Part shown: piece after piece, positions 36,101 through 46,069 of the stretch
How the letters are laid out: each line of letters opens with the position of its first letter
Numbering within the stretch: the first letter of the stretch is position 1
Assembly (NCBI GenBank): GCA_013239625.1
Contig: MU053934.1
Span: 3,428,399 to 3,492,398, forward strand
Direction: 5' to 3'
DNA: 64,000 bases
From: Lama guanicoe
Lineage: Eukaryota
Program-made: the position numbers and the translations under genes
Notes under the pieces: generated by a model
What the model was told of the DNA's origin: nothing
Seen by the model: the letters and a program-made list of their open reading frames with translations, nothing else
Databases searched by the model: none

Positions 36101-37942
36101 GCTTAATCAAGCCAAGTGTCATTTGTGAGGAGGCGGCCCAGAGAGTTTGGGGTCAGACCAGTGGAGTACTGATAAATATTTAAGATCTGGAAGAGCCTTG
36201 ATTTGTACCACTTGCCAATTTCAGTGGTGTAAATACTCCCCTAAGGCCGGTTTCAGGCTCCCAGTATGAAATCACTTCCCATCATGGGGATGGGAAGATA
36301 TGTACATGCCATTCTGTAATATTTCCATCATTATGGATGTAAATAACCTCAAGAGCATAAATAATGGTAAAATAGTTAGGAAGTGATGAGTTTTGAGAAT
36401 TTATTACCTTTGTTTTAAACATATTTCATTCGATTGTCAGTTCGTATAAGTTGACTTTTAATAGTGGCTTTGCTTAACCACCAGCTCACAGAATTCCTGA
36501 AAATGAAGCATTCAGTACTCCTAAGCCAGTACAAGCTGGCCCCGCACATGTCTGGATTAGATCTGCCTGAATGCATACCTTTTATCTGCCGCTTATTAAG
36601 CTGTGCAACACTGGACAAGTTACTTAACAACACTGAGCATCAGCTGTCTCATCTGTAAAATGGGCGTTTATGAGCACGCACACAGCCCCTGGCACTTTAG
36701 AATGTGCTTAGTAAATTGTGATTATCATCATCATTTATTCAGGGACATCATTGTGACAGTAGGACGTTCTGGCACAAGGATGTGCCTCTGGGACAGGCAC
36801 AGTGGACTCATTGTGTGGGGCAGGATGGTACTGAGCTGGGAATCAGAACTGTCCTTTTCTAAACAATCCTCCTATTGTTAAACCCTTGGGTGCATTCCAC
36901 AATTTTGCTTATTATAGTTACTGCGGCCACGGACATCTTCAAGCATGTAGCTTTTTGTCTCCAGTTTGAATTCTCGCCTTGTGATCACTTTCCCAGTGGA
37001 GGCTGACAGGGTCAGAGGTGCGAACATTTCTGTGCCCTGCTGTATTCCAAAAGGGCTGTGCCAATTTCCAAGGCCGAGAGCGCACATTCTTATAGCAGTA
37101 ACCACAACTGCTGCTTGTTAAGTGCTTTTCCGTTTCCAAAGCACTTGCCCCTGTGATGCCCACAGCACCTCTCTGAAGGTAGGCCTTACCTGGATCCCCC
37201 TTTCCAGTGAGTCCAGGAAACTCAGAGAGGTTGGCTTGCCCAAAGGCATATAGCTGCCGGGGTAAAGCAGTGAACCTCAGGCAGGACTGACCGAGCCAGG
37301 CCCAGTTACATGCAGTGGCTCATCCACGCCTTAAAATACCCACATGAGGTAGTGCCGTGGATATCCCCACATTAGAGATGGGAAAACTGAGGCATAGGGA
37401 GGTTATTAAGTAGCCTGTCCAAGAAAGGTGGAGATGGGATGTGAATGCAGACAGATGGTTGCAGACTCTTAACCCCAACACTGAAATGTGGAAGCAGGTG
37501 GCCTTTTGACTCAGTTCAATCATTTGACCTCTGAGCCAAGCTGCCTCTGTGGGAATTCCAGTTTCAGGGCCTGGATGCTTTCCCTGCCACCCACCCCTAC
37601 TGACAGAGTCTCCATGTCCCTGCAGGCACCGGGAGCCTGGCTGCTGCTGTGGAGACAGCCTCAGGACGCCAGGCCCTGGTGGTGGGCAAGCCCAGCCCTT
37701 ACATGTTCGAGTGCATCACGGAGCACTTCAGTGTGGACCCCAGCCGCACGCTTATGGTGGGCGACCGCCTGGAGACCGACATCCTCTTCGGCCACCACTG
37801 TGGCATGACCACCGTGCTCACGCTCACAGGTGTCTCCCGCCTGGAGGAGGTCCAGGCCTACCTGGCGGCTGGCCAGCACGACCTTGTGCCCCATTATTAT
37901 GTGGAGAGCATCGCGGACTTGATGGAGGGGTTGGAGGACTGA
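33148..37942 (+). CDS. PDXP: Pyridoxal phosphate phosphatase / chronophin (HAD family), 296 aa, 2 exons
   Basis: Exons 33148-33721 and 37626-37942 (891 nt, phase-1 GT-AG intron). Starts MARCERLCGAALRDVLG; HAD motif I FDCDGV, motif II VSNNS, then GKPS and motif IV GDRLETDI; ends ESIADLMEGLED. Confidence 0.97.
36158..36555. mobile_element. MER63-like hAT DNA transposon in PDXP intron
   Basis: CCAGTGGAGTACTGATAAATATTTAA start, GTAAATAACCTCAAGAGCATA and GGAAGTGATGAGTTTTGAG internal motifs, terminal CTGG. Confidence 0.6.
36860..37130 (-). mobile_element. Old L1M fragment
   Basis: TTGGGTGCATTCCACAATTTTGCTTATTATA...CTGTATTCCAAAAGGGCTGTGCCAATTTCCA resembles the antisense L1 ORF2 3' region. Confidence 0.5.
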
Positions 37943-38328
37943 GCCCACCAACCTGCAGCCGCAGCCACAACCCTCCCTCACCCTGATCCCACAACTGGAG
38001 GTGATGGGCCATGGGCTGCATTAAGCATACCAGCTCCCTGGCCCCAGTTTCTGCCCTGGTGGGGCTGGGACCCAGGGAAGGTTTGGGGCCCTCGCATCCC
38101 CTCCCAGCAGTGGCTGGGCACTCTGCTGTCCCAGAAGTTGCCCCCTCTCCCTGACCGGTTTGCCCTGGCCTGACCCAGCCAGGTGGCCTTATTTCCTGCC
38201 CTGTGAACTCCCCTGGTTTAAATCTGGGCCCTGTTGCCCACTGATTTCCCCCAACTCTGAGCACTTAGTCCCCTACCTTCTCCTGGGGGCCTCCAGAGCT
38301 CTGCCTGCTCCTGGGCCCTGGCCTTGGG

Positions 38329-38625
38329 TCCCTGTTGACCAATCAGAAGTCTAGGTAACCATAAATTATTATTACCCTGAGCCCTGAGTGGACCAATCAG
38401 AAGGCTAAGTGATAGTGACTCATCGATACCGGGTCCTGAGTGGACCAGTTGGGAGCCTAAGTGACAATGACCCTTTCATGTCCTAGGTCCTGAGTAGACC
38501 AGTCAGGACACCAGGTAATAATGACCCATTGGTCTCTTAGATCCTGACTAGAACAATCCAGAAGTCAGAGACACTGGCCTCTTGACAACCTGGATCTGAC
38601 TAGACCAGCCAGGGGTCTAGATTTC
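38329..38625. repeat. Degenerate ~53-bp tandem repeat (6 units) in PDXP 3' UTR
   Basis: Core like TCCTGAGTRGACCAATCAG recurs, with GACC/GAAC anchors at 38337, 38391, 38443, 38497, 38551 and 38603. Confidence 0.8.
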
Positions 38626-38843
38626 TATCCATAAATAAGGGTCCACGTGCTGAAGACACCCCTCTACTACAAAGGGGCCACTTAGTGGCTTCTGGGGGCT
38701 TCTGTAGCTGAGAGCCCCGCCCCTCCCTGATCACGGTAGCAGACCAGTGTTGATGGTGGCCACAGCTTGGGAAGAGGGCCTTCATGCTCCCTCTGTGCCG
38801 TCAGTATTTGCCATGCCACCTCTCCCCCGAGCCCACCCCTAGC

Positions 38844-38855
38844 TATTTATTTATT
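38844..38855 (+). promoter_or_regulatory. AU-rich element in PDXP 3' UTR
   Basis: TATTTATTTATT, two overlapping AUUUA pentamers. Confidence 0.5.
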
Positions 38856-38934
38856 GTGTGCCAGTGACGGTGGGGGTGGGGGCAGGGCCTTCCCCGCCAC
38901 CTCCACCTCTGTTGTAACCAGTCCGCCCGTACTT

Positions 38935-38940
38935 AATAAA
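38935..38940 (+). terminator. PDXP polyadenylation signal
   Basis: AATAAA with upstream TGTA and downstream GT-rich GTGTCTGTGTGGG. Confidence 0.85.
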
Positions 38941-40149
38941 GTGCGAGTGGGAGTGTCTGTGTGGGTTCAAGTCTGTGTCCAGGGAGAGGCGGGAGGAGGA
39001 GCCTCTGCCTGAGCCTGCTTTCCCTGGAAGTGGGCCCACCCGCTTTGTGAAATGATCCACCTCAGTTCCAGAGTATTCTCTGAGTGCAGCGGTACCTTAG
39101 CTCAACAGCACTTTATGCCTCACTGAGTCTTTATATACCGGTTCGTTTCAGTCCTGCAGAAACTCCAGCAAGCTTGTATTACTCAGCCCACTTTACTCCT
39201 TGAGGAATGAGGATCAGAAAGGCAATGTTAACCTACACAAGGACACACACCAAGAAGTGTGATCACCTGAGGCAGGATCTGAACTTAAATGTTGGCTGAT
39301 TCCAGGAGGCTGCAGTCCCTCTCTGTAGAGAGAGGGAGGAAGGCAGGTCTTGCCCTCCGGGAGCTCAGGTGAGATGCTGCGGACCCCGCCCCTCCATTTC
39401 AGGCATCCTTCACACCTGGGTGCTGCTGTGAACATCTGCCCTGCTGGCCTCACATGCCCAGCCAAGAACTGGCTGAGGGGCAGCGGGACAGGCCTACAGA
39501 AGCTGGGTGGGGAGATGCCGTGACCATTCCAGGCTTGACTGTCACTGATTTACATGTCACTTGAGCTTGCACAAGCCTGCTCCCTTATTTATAAAGTGAA
39601 GGGTGGGACCTCAAGGTCTGGGAAACTCTCCCCAGTGTGATTCTTCTTGGGAAGAGGGAGTGTTTGGCTGAGCCTGGCTGCATCAGGAAGTGGGAGCAAA
39701 TGTGCACTCGTGGAGACTTCTGGTTGTGACACGCTCAGCTCAACCTGACTAAGGCAGAAGGGAGTTTATTGGCTGCCCCTGTGAGGTGGTCCAGCACCCT
39801 CCAGGTGTATCATCCCTCTCAGCCTCTCTTCTAGGCTTTGGGTGTGGAAGCTTTTGCAGCCATTTTGTTATCATGAGGCATGGCCCAGTATATTTCTCTT
39901 ATTTTTCTGCTTTGTGACTCTGCTTTGGGAAGATTGGAGGAACTTGGGGTTGTTTCCCCCAACCTCTAATTTAGAAAAGTTTCAAACCAACAGAAAAAGT
40001 ATAAGAATACCACAGTGAGCACTGTATGGCCTTCACGTCAATTCCCAGCTAATATTTTAGGAAGTTAATGGCAACAATCCACAACATAAAACAACTTCAC
40101 ATTATACCCCCTGGTTTCAATATTGTCCTAGTTTTGCCTCCCCTCCCTT

Positions 40150-41437
40150 CCCCCATGTTGACTACTTTCTTGATGACCAAGGCCTTAGAGTTACTTTCTG
40201 TTGTCTCTGCATAATTTTTCCCTCTGGGGGTGGCTTTGAGGCAGTAGCCAAAGTTTAGACTCACTGAAATCTAAACTTGGTCTAGCATCAGGGTCCCACC
40301 CAGTGCTCTTTTGATTTCATTTTACCTATTACAGATAACCATAACCAAGGGACTATAAATTTTACTTTTTTCGCAATTCCTTATACATCCAGTAAGCCAA
40401 CTCCCCAGGAGTTGGAGTCATGTCTAAATTCCACTGGCAGTGTTTACCTTTAGTAATAGTGCAGCCCAGCTGCTGCTTGGACCATGGGTGACCACGTCAC
40501 CAGCCAGGAATCAAAGGTTCCTCATCTCTGCCCTTTCATACTTTCTCTTCCCAAACCACACGTTTCCATGAGCCAGGGCCTTTGTAGCAAATCCCACTTC
40601 TCTGACACCAACTGAAAGGGAAAACTGTTTCCTCTACCCACAGAACACAGTACTTCCAACACCAAATGTGCGAGTTTTCTATACCAAACAATTCTCTAGT
40701 TTTCTGTGAACACCAACTGGGTATCCTACAATTTTAATTCAATTCTGACACTACCTGGAGTTAGTGCAGACCCCACAGGTTACGGGCTCAGTCTCCTAAG
40801 ATTCTCCCCCACTTCAATGCCAATCGCAAGTCCAGCGTCATCACCTGTACTTCTGACCAACTGGCTATAAATCAGAGGTTCCCACAATCCCTTTCTCAGG
40901 TTTGAAAACTCAGGGTAACACTACGATTACTGGTTTATTATATAATAAAGGGAATGATAAAGCATGCAGATGAACAGCTAGATGAAGACCCATAGGGCGA
41001 GGTGCAGAAGCTTCTGTCACCATGGAGTTGGGGTGCGGCAGCCTCCCAGCATGGATGTGGATGTGTTCACCAACCTGGAAGCTCTCCAAACCCTGTAGTT
41101 TGGAGAGTCTTATGGAGGGGATTCATCATGTAGGCATTGGTCATTAATCTCTAGCCCATCTCCCCTCCCCGGGGAAAGTTCCAGTCGCTGCTTGGTGTTT
41201 CTGGTAACCAGCCCCCATCCTGAAGCCATCCAGGTGCCCACCAAGAGTCACTTCAATATAACAAAAGATGCTCCTATCACCCAGGAAATTCCAAGGGATT
41301 TAGGAGCTCTGTGTCACGAACTGGGGTCAAAAAGATGCTCCTTCAGTCACCCCTATCACTTAGGAAATGGCAAGGGTTTTAGGACCTATGTCAGGAACTG
41401 GGATCAGAAACCAAATACATGTTTCTTATATGTCACA
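40150..41437 (-). mobile_element. MER21-like ERV: LTR (40613-41437), primer-binding site (40591-40610) and leader fragment
   Basis: On the minus strand the LTR starts TGTGACATATAAGAAACATGTATTTGG and ends CCCTTTCA, followed by GTTGGTGTCAGAGAAGTGGGAT. Plus-strand motifs CAATTCTGACACTACCTGGAGTTAGTGCAGACCCCACAGG and GGCTATAAATCAGAGGTTCCCAC are MER21-type. Confidence 0.75.
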
Positions 41438-41729
41438 CTCCCCAAATTTTAATTTAGAAAAATTTCAGACCAACAGAAAAGGTGCAAGTACAGCACAATA
41501 AACACCCAAGTGCCCTTCACTTAGACTCCCAGCTGTTCATATTTGTCCTATTTGCTTAATTGCTCTTTATATATATTTACATTTTTAACTGATTCATTCG
41601 AGAGTATTTTGCAGATGTTAAGTTCATCCCAAACCCTTTAGCTTCTCTGTCCTAAGAGCAAGGACTAGTTGTGGCCCTGTGGCTGTGCAGAAGCACAAGG
41701 ACTGTCTACACGGCCACGATCCACCACGA

Positions 41730-41890
41730 TACAGGAACCCAGATCTTTGTTGGTTTCACTGAGCCACTGAATTAACCTGCCATGGAAACCTCCTAGCTCG
41801 ACTTCCTGTTACATGAGTTGTCCTTAATTTTAAAGCCGCTTCAGTTGAATTTTCCTCAGCTTACAGCCCAAAACACTCCTGATACACAGG
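41730..41890 (+). mobile_element. MLT1 (MaLR) LTR 3' fragment
   Basis: GAGCCACTGAATTAACC...GACTTCCTGTTACATGAG...TTTAAAGCC...TTACAGCCCAAAACACTCCTGATACA. Confidence 0.6.
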
Positions 41891-41894
41891 TCCC

Positions 41895-42310
41895 AAGCAC
41901 ATCACAGGAAATGTGTGCCCACAGCCCATGTTAACTATGTTTATGGGTGGGGGGGTGCTGTACATTTCCCAAGTATTTTGATAGTTTTATTTTAGACATT
42001 ATTTGGTGGTGGAGATCTAATTTAGGAGTGACCAGCCTCTAGGAAGACTTGGGCACGCTTTTGAAGAAAATTTAACCGACAAACTGTTTTCAAATGTAAT
42101 ACAGTTTTTATGACTACCAAGTTTTTGGTTTGAGCACAGTAAATATTTATTAATTTCAGCTCTGCAGTTTTAGTATTTTGGGCCCAACACATTTTTTCCT
42201 TCACGTCTCAAATATTTTCTAAGCTCTTAAAAAGCTCTTAGCTTCCTGTGAGTCTATAATTATGTCACCCAAAAAAAAAAACATTAAAAAAAAAACCAGA
42301 CTCCGGCCTG
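41895..42310. mobile_element. hAT-Tip100 (Zaphod-like) DNA transposon remnant
   Basis: AT-rich island with CAAATATTTTCTAAGCTCTTAAAAAGCTCTTAG and terminal CGGCCTG; family tentative. Confidence 0.35.
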
Positions 42311-45300
42311 AGCCTTGCAGGACTAATGAATGACAGGGTCTGGACCCCACCCAGACCTCACAGGACAGGAGGGGCAGTTCCTTAAAGGCAAACCGGGGAC
42401 TGTGTTCAGCGGGGGACAGACACCAGATGGAAAGGTGGAAGCCACCAGGTGGCTGTCTGGGCAGGTAGACCAGCACATGCAAAGAGGGAGGTGGAAATGG
42501 ATGAGCAGGTAAGTGTGGGGTGGGCTCCAGCACAAACTGGTTGGAAAAGTACCTGAAGTTGGGGGACATCCCCTACTAGCCCTTCCTCCCTTTCACTGAG
42601 CAGGAGGAACGATCACTGTTGAGGTCTAGGTATCCCGGACCACAGTGTTCTTTCCTTGGCTCAGTAGATAAAAGGGCCGCAGCCCTAGCTCTGGGGGCCA
42701 AGCGGCCACCCTCTCTGGGTGGTCTCAGCATCAATAAATGAGGGAGCTCTGGAGCTGGCTCTGACCACCCCCGCCACTGGGCCAGCCAGGTTGCCTGGGG
42801 GTGCAGCTGGTGTGTCGGTGGGCCTGGCAGCCCTCTCCACCCCTGGCCGCGGGAGGAGGCGCAGCCGTCACGGGGGCGGTTAGGAGCTGGCAGGCTGGGA
42901 AGAGCCGCACTGGCCTGGCTCCCCTGTCTGGACAAGCTCAACTCATTTCTCATGGCAGCAGCCAAGGTCCAGCCCACAGGACCAGCCTGGAGCACGAAGG
43001 AATTCCAGAGAGCTCGCTGCCTCTGCTGCAGGCCCGTGGGGTGCCGATGGGAGGACTACTGGGAGAGAGGCCTTGGGGGCTGCAAGAGAGAACTGATGCT
43101 GAGCCCCTCCCACATCACGCCTGTAATCCTCCAGCCAGCTGGCAGGTGGGTAACATTCCCACTTACTGGATACAGGTTCAGAGAGGACAAGGACCTTGGC
43201 TACAGTCACAGCTGGTAACCTCCAAATCAAGACTTGCCCCTCTTCTCTGATTCTAATGTCAGCTTCATCTCAGGGCCCCGGGGCAGCTTCCCTGTGCAGA
43301 AGCTTGACCCAGTTGGCAGTCCTGAAGCAGGAGGGAGGTGAAGACGAAATGAGATAATGTATGAAAGCCAGGCACCCGGCACAGGCAGGTAAGTGGGCGC
43401 CACCACCAGGAGGCCCTGAGACTGGGGTTGGGGGAGGGGCACACAGTGCATCTGTCCCTGCCTCCTGCCCTAGGAAAACCACAGTCCCTGTTTTTAGGGG
43501 ACACTGGACTCTGGAGAGTTCCCCACCCCAGCCTAGGGAGGAGGGAACTGTTGGGGACGAGGTGGCTGTGAAAGGGAGACCTCCCAGAGGCGCTGACCCA
43601 GGAAGGTAAATTCAGCCTGGGAAAAGAGACAAGAGGGAGGCTAAAACCTTCCAAGATGTATGAAAAAAATAATCCTCTATTAAGTACAATAGACTTGAAC
43701 ACCGTTTGTACTAACTGTGTAGAAGAGCAGGGCTGCACATCCCCAGTTCACAGATGGGGAGACTGAGGCCAGCAGGGAGAAGTGACTTGCCAGGATGCCC
43801 TGGGGAGGGCGTGGCCAGGCTAGAGCCAGAACCCCGAGTCTCCAGACCCCCAAGGGGCTTTTCCAGGGGCCTATACACCATATCACTATGCCACCCCATC
43901 TCTCTACCAGCCTTTGGCAGGCCAGACACTGGAGGAGTAAAGCAGCCCTTCCCCCAACAGCAAACACTTCCTGGTGCTGGACCATCTTCCAGATTGGGGT
44001 GGGGGCAGAATGGAGGAGCAGCTCCTGAGGCCTTGAGAGCTCAACTACTGGGCTGGAACAGCCAGCCAGGCCCACCTGATGGCAGTCTGGCAAGGACTGT
44101 TCTTGAAGCACCTCTGGCCTTGGTCCATGACACCTCCTGAAATGCCCCCATTCCTTGAGCAGGCGGAGAGTGGTCTCTGTGGGCCTTGGAGGGTAAGCAC
44201 AGAGGAAAGGCTGGGCTCCACCCACCCTCCCTACGTTGAGGTTTTGGGGAGGCTCTGGAGGAAAAAGTGAAGCACTGTGGTTGCTTTCTGAGGCAGCCAG
44301 TGTGGTCTGGGAGGAAGGCTGAGGGGCTCACAAGGGGTGCGACCCAATTTCTCTGGGCCTGCCTCTCAGCCCCATGCTCTTCCCTCTCCTATGCCAGCGT
44401 GGGCTTAGTCATCTGGAGGGAGGTGGGGGCTGGGGAGGCAGCACAGGGCAGGGTGGGTTTGCTGGCCTGGCCTCCAGCTGTGAGTCACTCCTGGTCCACA
44501 TCTTCCTCCCTCTTCAATGCTGGCAATTTCAGAAGGGGGATGGTGATATGGAGAAGGAGGTCCCATTGATTACTCCTTTAGCAAGCCCCTCACCTCGCCC
44601 AGTGCTCCTCATGCCCCTTTCTCTACCTGGTGCTGAAGTGTGAGGTGAGACACCTCCAACCCACCCTCAACTCTATTGCTACAGTGATTTTCCCTGCAGC
44701 CTAAATTTGGACTCAATACTCACCCTTCTTATAACCTTCTGTGGCTCCCTAGCACCCTCAGATAAAACAATGCCCAAGCTCCTCAGTGAGGCCCTTGATA
44801 ATCCAGGTACCATTGGCCTCCTAGCCTCATGACCCATCTTTCCCCAGCACACCCTAAACTCCAGCCATGCCCAGATGCTCAGTGTCCCCAAACCTGTGCT
44901 TTCTCATTTCTGAGCTTTGATCCATGCTGGAATGCCAATCCCTGCTTCTTCACCCATCCTTCAAGACCCACCTTCTTTCCATTCTGGACCATCCCACTTC
45001 GGGGCTTGCTCATGGACTTCCCTCAGAGCCAGCATCACACAACTTCTTAATTAGGTTCATGGCCAGATTCTGCCCCAACAGTGGACTACTTGAGAGCAGG
45101 GACTGAGAGGGGTTCATCTTCAAATCCTCTGAGGCCAGCTCAGGGCCAGGCACATAGTAGGTGCTCAGTATAACATCTGCTAAAGGGACGGGGAAAGGAA
45201 AGTCTGTGCCAGGCATCAGAGGGAGCAATGTGAGGAGAGTAGAGAGGGGACCCCAACCCCTCGTGGCCTGCCTCACCCTGGGACCCCTCCCAGATCCTCT

Positions 45301-45839
45301 CAGGCCAGAGGCTGTCAGGTAGGGGCTCCTGGACGATCCCTGGCAGGCCCCTCAGGAGAGCCAAAGCCCGAGGCCTGAGCCCTGAGCCTGGGCGGCAGCC
45401 TCAGGCCTGGCACCGGCCCAACCTTTCTTTAGCGCTTGTGAGGAGCACGAGAAGCAGCTGCAATCCCTGCTTAGGGGGAGGGGGAGGCCAAGGCGTGGCC
45501 AGAGCCTTGTGGTTAACGGATCCTGGGCCTTCTGCAGAGGCACCCAGAGCGGGCCACGCCCTGGTCTCTGCCAGGGAGCAGCCTTGTGAACCCAAGATCT
45601 AATTCTTCGAAGGACCCTGCACCCTCTCAGCTGTCTTCTCTGGGTACCCCCTGAGCTCAGCCAGCTGGCCCTGGCCCTACTCCCACCAACTCTTGGGCCT
45701 AGCTCATCCTCAAACTATTTTCCACTGGCTTCCCCCAATCCTTGCCACAGCATAATTCTTTTGGGGGGTAGGGAGGGGTGAAGGAGAATGGAAGGTGGAG
45801 CCTGGACCCTGGGGGAGTGCTTAAGAAGGAATGGAGGGG

Positions 45840-46069
45840 GTCTCCGCTCTGATTGGTCATCTCTGCTCCAGAAGTGGCTTCAAAATTCTATTGACCCCGC
45901 CTCCCGTGGCCCCCATCCGTCCTGACTTACAATTGGCTGAGCACCCAGTGGGCGGGACTCACCAGGGTCTGGTCTAGTTAAAAGGGTGGGAGCGGCCCGG
46001 GGCACATCTCTCCGGTAGTCTTCAGACAGCTGGTGCCGCAGTCCCAGGAACATCCTTCTCTCTTCAGTC
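45840..46069 (+). promoter_or_regulatory. LGALS1 promoter / 5' UTR
   Basis: ATTGG at 45932-45936, GC box GGGCGGG near 45950 and TATA-like TTAAAA at 45978-45983, upstream of ATG 46070. Confidence 0.75.

Noticed and set aside
38329..38625. CRISPR-like look (conserved core plus variable linker)
   Set aside because: Mammalian 3' UTR, repeats far from identical, linkers partly homologous to each other, no cas genes.
42300..45800. Hidden gene or galectin paralogue upstream of LGALS1
   Set aside because: No galectin-like motifs in the ORF track; short ORFs are as expected for GC-rich non-coding DNA.
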